Assembly: GCA_963780185.1 (NCBI GenBank)
Contig: CAWABA010000006.1
Location: forward strand, 768,001-832,000
Origin: Candidatus Bathyarchaeota archaeon
GTDB taxonomy: Archaea > Thermoproteota > Bathyarchaeia > Bathyarchaeales > Bathycorpusculaceae
Length of the DNA stretch: 64,000 nt
Reading direction: 5' to 3'
Shown here: piece by piece, positions 28,222 to 38,213 of the stretch
Layout: each line of letters begins with the position of its first letter
How positions within the stretch are numbered: position 1 is the first letter of the stretch
Program-made: the position numbers and the translations under genes
Notes under the pieces: model-generated
What the model was told of the DNA's origin: nothing
Databases searched by the model: none
The model's input: only the letters and a program-made list of their open reading frames with translations

Positions 28222-30909
28222 ACGAGAATTTACCAAAACAGTGTACAAGTGATCGGACTCGGTTCAGCAGGAACCAACATTGTAGAAACCTTCCTGACAA
28301 ACAAAAAAACCAGAGAGCTAATACAAAACGACCTCACAAGACTTTCGCTCTTAGCCATAGACATCGCTGACCCCGAAATCAGAAGCCTGCAGGAAACCTA
28401 CGAAGGCATCGAAAAATCCATGGTGAAAGCAGGCATACCCGCAGAAAGAATGCGCCTAATCGCCCAGTCAGTAAAGTTCCCAACAGCAGAAGCAATGTTT
28501 GACTTCATCAACCAGAAATACGGCGAATACCTCATCGGCGAAGGAGCCAAACTTGTCTTTCACCCTTGGCTGGAAACCACAATGGCTATTCCACCAATGG
28601 CCGGAGGCGCAGGCAGACGACGAGCCTTAGCCAAAGCAATCTACGCATTAAACTACTATCAACTCGGAATCATCAAAAACTGCATAAACAGCTTCAAAGA
28701 ACAAGCCCTCTCAGGAATCATCACGCCAACAGTGATTATTTGCTATGGTCTTGGCGGAGGCACAGGAAGCGGAGTATTCTTCGATTTCGCAAGGCACCTA
28801 CGAAAAGTCTTAGGTTCAGGCGTCGCAATCATAGCCTTCGTAGTCACCCCGTGCGGCGGAGACGATCCCCCAGCTAAAGGATGCTCAGCTTTCACTGTCA
28901 ATGAACGAGCTATCCCTGTTCCTCAATAAAGATTACAACGAATACGTCGTTAAAGAGTACGGTGAATGCTACCGAAACCCACTCAACGCCCTCATCTACC
29001 TGCCACTGCTGCCTGCCTACTGCAAAGTCGGCAACATCGTTAGCGCCCGAAGAGAAATGGACGACATGGTTGTCGACATGCTATACGTCTTGATGGACTT
29101 TGACTTAGCAGACTTAATGGGCGGAATCGGCACCGAAGTCGGCTTAACCTACAACTCAGCGCACACGTTGGGCATGGTAAAAGTCGAATTACCCAGTTGA
29201 AGAATACATTTCAGCCTACAAACTCAACTTCGAAGGCATCCAGCTGCTCCAAGACCTCAGAAGAGAAAAACTTGATATCCTCGACGAAATCGGCAACATC
29301 ATCGCCGTCGACCACGACGTAACAAGGGAACTCTTCCGCAACTACCTCATAAAAGCAGGCACATTCAACGAAGAACAATTCGAAGACAAACTGAAAACCG
29401 AAATCACCAGCAACCCACGACTTGAAGACGACCAAGAACTCCACGTCAAAGGCGTCGAAATACAGGTCAAAAACTGGCTTGCCGAAATCATGAAGCTTCT
29501 GTCAACCATAAAACTGATGGGAAAAACAGGCCCAATCGAAGACTCCATCATAAACCTCACACTGAAGAAAGAAGGCTCAAGAAAAATCGACAACTTAGAA
29601 ACCTTGCTAACCAACCTGACGAAGACGCATTTGGAATTCCGCGAGAAAAAAGCGCTCATCGTCGAACGACTCAACCAGCTTATCCCAAGCTCACAAGTGT
29701 TCACTGTTAGGCAAAAGAAGATTCTTGAAGACTTAGTCAACTTGGCGGAGATTGCTGAGAGAGCGCTGGATTTACAGCAGTTCTACGATGAAACCCGATA
29801 CTTAACTGACGCATTAATCAGGTACTATGAAGTTCTTCCTGAAAGCCAAAACGAACTCAACGACCTAAGAGACATCCAAGCAGAACTCTCAACAGTTTAC
29901 CTAATAATTCAACTCATGCTCAGAACACCCGCCGACGAAGCAAAAATGATCGACGAACACGTAACCTTCATCAACGAAATATTGGCAAGACGCATGCAGA
30001 ACCGAGGCAACTTCGACAACGAAGTCATGAGAGTACAAGAAACAAAGAAACGCAAAGAATTCGACAAAGAAAAGCTAGAGAGGCAATCAAGAAAACTCTT
30101 CGGCGGAAAACGCTACGCAAGAGAACAGCTTATGGAACTTGACAGGGACCTGAAGCGGATAGAGGAAGAAGAAGCCTTTGCGCTTGACAACCTAGGCAAA
30201 GTCGACGGCATAATCAACCTTTACGAAACTCTGGGCAAACGCTTTGAGTTAACCTCAGAATACCGCAAGAGACTCGGCAAGATCGTTGACATAAACCAAG
30301 AATACCAGGAAATGGTTGACCAAATCGTTGCACCAAAGAAGTTCTTCGAAAAATCAGCGGACCTAACAGAGACGGAGCAGCTTAGAATAATCTTCAAGAT
30401 ACTTACTGAACAGGAAGAAGGCCTCACCAGAGAAGTCATCAACAAAGACATCTTGGATTTGGAGCACTTCAAAGACTACATACGAAGCATAATCAGAGCC
30501 TTCAAGACACCGACCATCATGGGCTACAAGACCAACCTACAAAACCGACTACATCTGGGTCACCATAGTTTCGCCGCCTAACATGTGGACCGAAGACCTC
30601 TCACAGGAAGTCTACACGGCACTCGCAGGATACGTCACAAGCGAAGTATCAAGAACCATCACCGTCCGAGTCATCGAATCCCGAGACGCATGGACCACAA
30701 GAGTGCTAGTAATCGGCGGAAGAGGAAAACCCGAAGACATGGAAGCATACGACGAAATGCAGCTACTCTACAACAAATCAAACGACTTCGAAAGACACCT
30801 ATCCCGAAGCTACCTACTCGAACACGGCGTCTCAGCAGCAAACATCATCAAAAAAGTCAACGCAGAAAACGGCATAGCCCAACCAGCTAACAACAGCAAC
30901 AAAAAGTAA
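28222..30909 (+). CDS. Large tubulin/FtsZ-superfamily GTPase with inserted coiled coil (~894 aa after removing 3 single-base insertions at ~28897, ~29186, ~30530)
   Basis: T1 VIGLGSAGTNI, T2 LAIDI, T3 GAGRRRALAK, T4 GLGGGTGSG, T7 DFDLADL. ORF pieces 28249-28929, 28901-29200, the frame 29187-30581 and 30583-30909 join by three -1 corrections. Confidence 0.82.
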
Positions 30910-30911
30910 AA

Positions 30912-32082
30912 TCAGGCAGGAACTTCAGAAGAAGCTTCCTCATCCTTCTTTATACCCAAATTTTTCATCATACCCAACCATTCTTTTTTGTCCACAAAAC
31001 CCTTCTGCAAGGCGCGGCTTTTCAGGCTTTTAGATTTTTTTTCGTATTCAAGGAACATTTCTGTGGTTTCGAAGCCGCCGACAAACAAGATTACATCGAT
31101 GCGGTCGCTTGCGTCGTCAACGTAGATGGGTTCAGCTACGTAGATTGATTTAAGGTTGGCTTTTCCCTTAAACCACGTTGCTGCTGCCAACTCGATTTTT
31201 GCTCTCGGAAGCTTCTCTCTCATGCTTGAAGGCATACGGACAAGAACATAGAGCAATGAAACAGTGGATAAGTCAAAGTTCAAAAGCGGCTTAAGCAGGG
31301 TTGCGTCTAAGATGTTTTCGACTGTGCCGTAGATTTTGAAGCTTGCCCCCGGAGCCAGCAGCACAGTGTACATTTTAGCGCCGAAGGTTCTTGATTGCTC
31401 CGATAACTCTTCAACAAGCGTGTCTTTTGAGAGGAACAGGTTGACCAAGTAGTTGGCGACCAAGTTGCCTTTTATGAGTGAGCCAACCCGGTCGACGCCT
31501 TCATATTTTTCCAGCATGTCTCGCTCAAAAAGCAGAAGCGTCGCGCCATCTTCGTCCGCGCAGATGCCCAGTGAAGCAAGCGCGTTGAAGAAGGCGTCTG
31601 AAGGCTGAATTTTCGAGGGCAACAATCGCGATAGAAAGCGAGTTAATGTTGGAAGCTTTGAATTGCGAAATCAAAGTGGGAAGTGAAGCGCTGCCGATGC
31701 CATCCCACACCGAAGCCACCATAATTGCGTTACGCATTTTTTCAGTAGGCTTCTTCTTTAAGCCATTCATCAACGTTTCATCCTGTGAAACATACGGCAA
31801 AACGTTGTACCAGAAGTGAGTCTCAATGTTTGCGTCTTCAAAACCTAAAACCAAATGCGGATTAAACCCCTCTGGAAGCCACGTGTAAACCTCATCGCTT
31901 GACTTAGCCAACAGAACCTGCAGAGTTAACCCAGATTTGTCAACGTAGGGCTGCTTTAGCAGCACCTTAATCGGGTATTCACCGATGTAAACCGTAGCTT
32001 GCCTGGGAAGCAGCGGCTTCAAAGTCTCAATATGCTTCCTAACACTATCTAAAACGTTAAATGGCTTCTTAGACTCCGTCAT
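30912..32082 (-). CDS. Degenerate FtsZ/CetZ-like protein (~389 aa; frameshift at ~31626)
   Basis: YIGEYP at T1, VASVWDGIGSASLP at T4, IAILP...AFFNALASL, NLVANYL, LLKPLLNFDLSTVSLLYVLV, RIDVILFVGG. ORFs 31525-32082 and 30912-31625 join on removing one base. Confidence 0.65.
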
Positions 32083-32143
32083 CCGAGGTACCTACATAAC
32101 CTTTAAGAAGCCTTCACCTAAAATAAGGTTTTAGGTTATCAGC

Positions 32144-34591
32144 TTGAAGAGACCCTCGCTAAAAATCTCTGGTATGAAAACGTGGTATAAAGAAAAGCAG
32201 CAGATAAGAAAAGAAAAAGAGATCGAGCGAAAAAAGAATGAGTCTTCAACGCTGAAGATGCTTACCTTCTTAGTAACACTTGTCGCCATGATAGTCGGGA
32301 TGTCTATTCTGCCGCTTTTCCCGTCGCCGCTGCCGATTTTCCTCGCAGTTTTGGTTGCATTCCTGGTTTATCAGTACCCAATTATAGGGATGCCTATAGG
32401 AGGAGCCATCCTCGGGTTAGGTTTGCTGTTTAACATAAGTCCCCCGCCTCCGCCTTTCACTACTACCCAGCCCATTTATTATTTCATTTCGTATTTGGGA
32501 AGTGAGCAGACGCGAGTGGGATTTGTTGTCGCGATTATGGCTTTGTTTATTGGTTTACCTATAGCTTTTAACCGCTACAAAAGCGTCCTTGCCATTGATT
32601 TCGGGATACTTGCGGTTGCTTGTCTTTCTTCTTCATCCACGTACTTCTTAGCTATCCCACTGCTTTTTGCTTCAGCAGTCTATTTCAAAAGACACGTTGC
32701 TCTATCCATCGTCTACTACGCCCTAATCACTATACCCCTTCAAGTGCTCCAGTATTATCAGTTTACAGTCAGCACCATTCCTCAACACGACTGGTGGAAC
32801 GTCGCTGGCTCGAGTCCTCCTTTTTTTGTTTCGCTGCATCCGATTTTCTCCAGCCTTGGCTCGTCCATTTCTCAATTTCGATTGTTTGACATATCCTCAG
32901 TTTTTAACCAAATCGCGGGGCAACTGACTTGGATTCCGAACGCAAACGACGCATACGGGCACAATCTTGGAAACGCCATGACCCAGTACCTTGACTCAGC
33001 GCCTGGCTTGATAATGTTCGTGATTATCGTGGTCGGTCTCGCCCTGGGAGGAATCTTCTTCATGAGACAACTAATCAGACTAGGCTCAGGCGGGTTAGGC
33101 GACAAACTTATGCCGATTTTCACAGCCACAATCGGCACTGCATTATTCTTCATCCTTATGGGTTCGCTTTCAACGCCTCTGGCTTTTTCCGCAGACGCTT
33201 CGCCTGGAACCCTGATTCTGGGAACCTTAGCCACCCTGGTCTTTACGCTTCCAATGGCTTTCGTAAACACCACACCAAAGCAGACGACGACGCCCCAGAT
33301 GATATTAGACAAACTTAACGGGCTCATCCAAAAGGCGCAGACGCTGGTTGACCAAATAAAAAATGTGAAAGCCAACATCCCCGTTGCCGTAAGTGTGCCT
33401 GAAGGAAAAATCTTAATCATCAAAGATAACCTCGAAGACATCTTGCGCAAATCGGAAAGCCAACTCTACGACCCCATCGAAATGGACAAAAAATTCGCCG
33501 AACTCGACACTGTCGGCGGAGAAATCGACCTGGTTGACTCGGAACTCAACGCTATTTTGGCGGAGTACCAGATTTTCGTTAACTGCGAATACGCAAATTG
33601 GGTAGGCAAACTTCGAGACATCGGCTTAGACGTAAAATCGACGCCAAACGCTGATTACCTAAAAGCGATGACTCTTGATGAACGAATTGAAGCCATCAAA
33701 CAAACCATGGAAGCGGGAAGAACCCTCGCAAAAGACGCCATGCAAACCACCGAGCCAATATACTTCGTTGTCAGGTCCCTCTACGACCCGAGCCTGCCCG
33801 AAACCAGCAGAGCAATAGAGTTCGCTAACCAAAAAATCGAGCAGAAAGAATCGCCGTGGATCGGCATAGAGGCACTGTACAACAGTTTGAACAACATGAG
33901 CCGTCAATACGGCGACGACATCAAAGCCTCAATGAAATACCTCAAAGAATCACTCTCGCCAATAGCAAACCTAAGCAGTGAAAGCGAGATGCTGCCTCCT
34001 GTTTTCGGCGACAACCTGCCCAAAGTGCTTGACTACGCCAAAAAAGCAGAAGGCATGAAACTCATCGTAGGCAAAAAAGCCGAGAAGGAAAAACTAAGCA
34101 TTGTCGACGTAATCTCCCTCAAAGACGACCTCCGAACATTCCTCGCAATGGCACAAGACGTCCTATCCATGCTCTACACAGAACTCGTCAGCGAAGAAGA
34201 CACAATAGACCGCCTGCTACCGACAAAAGAGTACCTCTGGGAATCAAACAGCACCCTACGCGAACGCCTAAAAAAAGCCACCGACGCATTGGCAAACACA
34301 TCAAACTACAAAATCAACCAAATAATGGAAAACCTGCCCAAAAGCTTAGCCTACGTAGACGAAACCGTGCAGACGCTGTCGCTCTACTGGGAACGCCGCG
34401 AGTTCCTGCTCAACTACCCCACAGCAGAAGCAGCCATAGAAGAACAACTGAAAACAAAGAACCGCCTCACGCCCAAAGACCTGCCTTTCAACCCTAAATT
34501 CGCAGGAGAATACCTAAGACTCTACTACAGCCAACGATTCAGCGATTTCGCCTTCGACAAAGACAACATGCAACTAACCAAAAAAGACTAG
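32144..34591 (+). CDS. Polytopic membrane protein (~10 TM) with ~430-aa cytoplasmic helical/coiled-coil region
   Basis: Hydrophobic segments across aa ~39-375, then a charged amphipathic helical region; divergent from the FtsZ-like gene across 61 bp. Confidence 0.8.
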   Translation: MKRPSLKISGMKTWYKEKQQIRKEKEIERKKNESSTLKMLTFLVTLVAMIVGMSILPLFPSPLPIFLAVLVAFLVYQYPIIGMPIGGAILGLGLLFNISPPPPPFTTTQPIYYFISYLGSEQTRVGFVVAIMALFIGLPIAFNRYKSVLAIDFGILAVACLSSSSTYFLAIPLLFASAVYFKRHVALSIVYYALITIPLQVLQYYQFTVSTIPQHDWWNVAGSSPPFFVSLHPIFSSLGSSISQFRLFDISSVFNQIAGQLTWIPNANDAYGHNLGNAMTQYLDSAPGLIMFVIIVVGLALGGIFFMRQLIRLGSGGLGDKLMPIFTATIGTALFFILMGSLSTPLAFSADASPGTLILGTLATLVFTLPMAFVNTTPKQTTTPQMILDKLNGLIQKAQTLVDQIKNVKANIPVAVSVPEGKILIIKDNLEDILRKSESQLYDPIEMDKKFAELDTVGGEIDLVDSELNAILAEYQIFVNCEYANWVGKLRDIGLDVKSTPNADYLKAMTLDERIEAIKQTMEAGRTLAKDAMQTTEPIYFVVRSLYDPSLPETSRAIEFANQKIEQKESPWIGIEALYNSLNNMSRQYGDDIKASMKYLKESLSPIANLSSESEMLPPVFGDNLPKVLDYAKKAEGMKLIVGKKAEKEKLSIVDVISLKDDLRTFLAMAQDVLSMLYTELVSEEDTIDRLLPTKEYLWESNSTLRERLKKATDALANTSNYKINQIMENLPKSLAYVDETVQTLSLYWERREFLLNYPTAEAAIEEQLKTKNRLTPKDLPFNPKFAGEYLRLYYSQRFSDFAFDKDNMQLTKKD

Positions 34592-34691
34592 TCAGCAAGC
34601 CCCAAAAACCGCCCCTTATTTACGGCGGCATCAACAATTTTTATATCCCAACCTGCCTAATACTCAAATGAGAAAGTTCTGAGGAATCAAA

Positions 34692-35366
34692 ATGGCTTAC
34701 TTTTCAAACCGAGTAGACGCTGGAAAACGTCTTGCCGCATCGTTAACCGATTTTGTGGGCAAAAACGCAATTGTCCTAGCCATCCCGCGAGGCGGCGTGG
34801 TGGTAGGCTACGAAATCGCCCGAGCGCTCAATCTGCCGCTGGACCTCATTATTCCCCGCAAGATAAGGGCGCCTGACAATCTTGAGTTGGCAATTGGAGC
34901 CGTAACCGAGGACGGAACCATCATACTTGACAAAAAATTGGCTGCCTACATCGGGGTTTCAGAATCATACATCAAAGAGGAAAGTGAACGGCAAAAACTT
35001 GAGATTGAACGCAGACTCAAAATGTACCGTCAAAATGAACCCTACCCCAGCCTCAAAGGCAAAGACGTCATCATTGTCGACGACGGCATAGCCACGGGCT
35101 CCACCATGAAAGCTGCCTTGGCTTCCGTGCGAAACAGGGGGGCAAAAACCGTGACCATCGCCGTACCCGTTGGTCCCCCTTCAACCATAGAGGAGCTGGA
35201 GCGGCAAGCAGACCGAGTCGTATGCCCCTACACGCCCGAATACTTCGCCGCCATCGGACAATTCTACCGCGATTTTAGGCAAACCAGCGACGACGAAGTA
35301 ATCGAACTCCTCAAGCAGAACAGGCAGAGAAACCGCGAGAACCAACCGGGGATGGTGAGAGCATGA
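34692..35366 (+). CDS. Phosphoribosyltransferase-family protein
   Basis: F.NR.DAG..LA, AIPRGGV, VIIVDDGIATGSTM PRPP motif, AIGQFYRDF. Confidence 0.88.
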   Translation: MAYFSNRVDAGKRLAASLTDFVGKNAIVLAIPRGGVVVGYEIARALNLPLDLIIPRKIRAPDNLELAIGAVTEDGTIILDKKLAAYIGVSESYIKEESERQKLEIERRLKMYRQNEPYPSLKGKDVIIVDDGIATGSTMKAALASVRNRGAKTVTIAVPVGPPSTIEELERQADRVVCPYTPEYFAAIGQFYRDFRQTSDDEVIELLKQNRQRNRENQPGMVRA

Positions 35367-36088
35367 TGTATCAGGAAGCGGATATGAAAATTCCCGTCGG
35401 CAACGTCGTTGTCGAAGGCAACTTAGACATACCCACGGGCGCCATAGGCATCGTGCTTTTTGCGCATGGAAGCGGGAGCAGCCGTTTCAGCACAAGAAAC
35501 CAGACCGTCGCAAGAGAATTCAACAAGGCAAAAATCGGCACCCTACTCTTCGATTTGCTAACCCGCGACGAGGAAGAGCAAGACACCTTCACCGCCGAGT
35601 ACCGCTTCAACATAGGCTTGCTGGCGGAGCGCCTCATCGGAGCAACCCAACACCTAAAGAAAGGCAAGCAAACAAAAGACTACCCCTTCGGCTATTTCGG
35701 AGCCAGCACAGGCGCCGCAGCCGCCCTCATAGCCGCCGCAAAACTCCCAGCGAACGTCGCTGCCGTGGTTTCGCGCGGAGGCCGACCTGACCTGGCGGCG
35801 GAGTATCTGCCGAAAGTGAAGGCTCCAACCCTCTTGCTCGTCGGCGGCTTAGACACCCAAGTCATCGAACTAAACAAGCAAGCCCTCGCACAAATGACCG
35901 CCCAAAAGAAACTCACAATCATCCCAGGCGCAACACACCTCTTCGAAGAACCAGGCACACTAGAACAAGTCGCCAAACACTCAACACAATGGTACACAAA
36001 ACACCTAGCTGAAGAAATAAAAAATGTTCATCAACTCCCAGCATTGGGACAGAATTTGTCGCTGGCAAGAAAAATTGGAAAGTGCTAA
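35363..36088 (+). CDS. Dienelactone hydrolase-like alpha/beta hydrolase
   Basis: FAHGSGSSRFS, GYFGASTGAAAAL, VSRGGRPDLA, IPGATHLFEE. Confidence 0.88.
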   Translation: MMYQEADMKIPVGNVVVEGNLDIPTGAIGIVLFAHGSGSSRFSTRNQTVAREFNKAKIGTLLFDLLTRDEEEQDTFTAEYRFNIGLLAERLIGATQHLKKGKQTKDYPFGYFGASTGAAAALIAAAKLPANVAAVVSRGGRPDLAAEYLPKVKAPTLLLVGGLDTQVIELNKQALAQMTAQKKLTIIPGATHLFEEPGTLEQVAKHSTQWYTKHLAEEIKNVHQLPALGQNLSLARKIGKC

Positions 36089-36157
36089 CGATTTATTCTT
36101 ACTAATCACTTAGGGATAACTTATTAGCTCATCCAACAGAATAATCCCTAATCTTCA

Positions 36158-37786
36158 GTGGAGCGGGTAGCTACGGCGAAATCATCAGGCAAAAATGGCA
36201 ATGGTTCAAACGGGGCAAATTTGGGTTTTGAACAAAAATTATGGGCAGCAGCGGATAAGCTACGCAACAACATGGACGCCGCCGAATACAAACACGTCGT
36301 CTTGGGATTGATTTTTCTTAAGTACATTTCGGACAGCTTCCAAGAGGTCTATGAAGAACTGAAAGCTGACCAGAAAAACTACAGTGACCCAGAAGACATC
36401 GACGAATACAAAGCCAAAAACACGTTTTGGGTACCACCAGACGCCCGCTGGAGCTACCTGCAAAAAAACGCCAAGCAACCGACCGTGGGAAAAATAGTTG
36501 ATGACGCCATGTACGCCGTCGAAAGGGACAATGCGTCCTTGAAAGGGGTTTTGCCAAAGAATTATGCCCGCGAAAACCTCGACAAAGCCCGCTTAGGAGA
36601 ACTCATCGACTTAATCGCCTCCATACCCCTCGGCGACAAAGAAAGCCGAAGCAAAGACGTCTTGGGCAGAGTCTACGAATACTTCCTCGGACAATTCGCG
36701 GATGCAGAGGGCAAAAAAGGCGGCCAATTCTACACGCCCCAAAGCATCGTGCGGCTGCTTGTGGCTATGATTGAACCGTATCGGGGCAGAGTCTTTGACC
36801 CCTGCTGCGGCAGCGGCGGCATGTTCATTCAAAGCGAAAAATTCATCGAAAACTCAACCTCACTGCTACCCATCTCCCAAAAACCATCTGAACAGCTAAG
36901 AAGCGACAACCTCAGCATCTACGGGCAAGAATCCAACCAAACCACCTGGCGCCTCTGCAAAATGAACCTAGCCATACGCCACATCGACAGCCAAAACGTA
37001 GTATGGAACAGCGAAGGCAGCTTCCTAAACGACGCCCACCCTGACCTAAAAGCCGATTTTATACTTGCCAACCCACCCTTCAACGACAGCGACTGGAAAG
37101 GCGACTTGCTCCGTGATGACAAACGCTGGAAATTTGGGGTTCCACCTGTTGGTAACGCTAACTTTGCATGGGTGCAGCATTTCATCTATCACTTGGCACC
37201 TTACGGCATCGCAGGATTTGTCCTTGCAAATGGCTCCATGAGCAGCAACACATCAGGCGAAGGAGAAATCCGCAAAAACATAATCGAAGCCGACCTCGTA
37301 GACTGCATGGTAGCCCTACCCAGCCAACTATTTTACAACACAATGATACCAGCCTGCCTATGGTTCATAGCCAAAGACAAAATAAACCACAAATTCAGAG
37401 ACCGCAGAGGAGAAACCCTCTTCATCGATGCCCGAAAACTCGGCACCATGACAGACCGAAGACATCGCCAACTAACCGAAGAAGACATCAAAAAAATCTC
37501 TGACACATACCACGCATGGAGAGGCGAACCCATAGACGGACAAAAAGTAGCTTACCAAGATATTGCTGGGTTATGCAAAGCGGTAAAACTTGAAGAAATA
37601 AGAAAACAAGGACACATACTAACGCCTGGAAGATATGTTGGTTCAGAAGAAGAAGAAGACGACGGAGAAGAATTCGGAAAAAAGATGAAACGGCTCACGA
37701 GTGAGCTCAGCAGGCAAATGCAAGAAGGAAAGACGCTTGATGCAGAATTAAAAAGGGAGTTAGGGAAAATTGGCTACCAATTATAA
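36158..37786 (+). CDS. hsdM: Type I R-M methyltransferase subunit M
   Basis: [23 protein letters not shown] (motif I), NPPFN (motif IV). Confidence 0.96.
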   Translation: MERVATAKSSGKNGNGSNGANLGFEQKLWAAADKLRNNMDAAEYKHVVLGLIFLKYISDSFQEVYEELKADQKNYSDPEDIDEYKAKNTFWVPPDARWSYLQKNAKQPTVGKIVDDAMYAVERDNASLKGVLPKNYARENLDKARLGELIDLIASIPLGDKESRSKDVLGRVYEYFLGQFADAEGKKGGQFYTPQSIVRLLVAMIEPYRGRVFDPCCGSGGMFIQSEKFIENSTSLLPISQKPSEQLRSDNLSIYGQESNQTTWRLCKMNLAIRHIDSQNVVWNSEGSFLNDAHPDLKADFILANPPFNDSDWKGDLLRDDKRWKFGVPPVGNANFAWVQHFIYHLAPYGIAGFVLANGSMSSNTSGEGEIRKNIIEADLVDCMVALPSQLFYNTMIPACLWFIAKDKINHKFRDRRGETLFIDARKLGTMTDRRHRQLTEEDIKKISDTYHAWRGEPIDGQKVAYQDIAGLCKAVKLEEIRKQGHILTPGRYVGSEEEEDDGEEFGKKMKRLTSELSRQMQEGKTLDAELKRELGKIGYQL

Positions 37787-38213
37787 GGCAAGAGCAAAGG
37801 CATGGTTTAGCAGAGCGATAAGTGAAGATGATAGTTTTGTCAAGTTTATTCTACTTTACATATCCTTTGAAGTTCTCGCTAAGGAACAACAAAACAATTT
37901 AAGAAGCCTAAAACATGATGAGCGACTCAGAGAGCGTTTTTTTAAATTAACACCAACTGAAAAAATAAGCGAACTAAAGAATGTGCTAGAATACAGCCCT
38001 CTTCTAAACATGAATCCTAACGGTGACCACCGATGGTCAGGTCAACTGGAGAGCATTAATGATTTCGGTGGAATAATCGAATTTATCATACGAGCCAGGA
38101 ACAACCTGTTTCATGGAGACAAGGGTTTAGATGTTGAACGGGACCTATTTGTCATTAAATGGGGAAATTTCCTTCTTCAACCGTTGGTTGGAGAATTGTT
38201 GAATGATCAGTAA
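37770..38213 (+). CDS. HEPN-domain putative RNase
   Basis: [13 protein letters not shown]-helix and RNNLFHG (RxxxxH); overlaps hsdM and hsdS. Confidence 0.7.
   Translation: MATNYKARAKAWFSRAISEDDSFVKFILLYISFEVLAKEQQNNLRSLKHDERLRERFFKLTPTEKISELKNVLEYSPLLNMNPNGDHRWSGQLESINDFGGIIEFIIRARNNLFHGDKGLDVERDLFVIKWGNFLLQPLVGELLNDQ

Noticed and set aside
28222-32082. Canonical cell-division FtsZ1/FtsZ2 or plasmid TubZRC
   Set aside because: Size, the coiled-coil insertion, degenerate motifs in the second copy, and the absence of division-cluster neighbours or an adjacent TubR-like gene argue against both.
34692-36088. PRTase + hydrolase pair as part of the tubulin module
   Set aside because: This is a widespread gene pair or fusion, with its own TATA-like TTTTATAT at ~34638; nothing links it to the module beyond adjacency.
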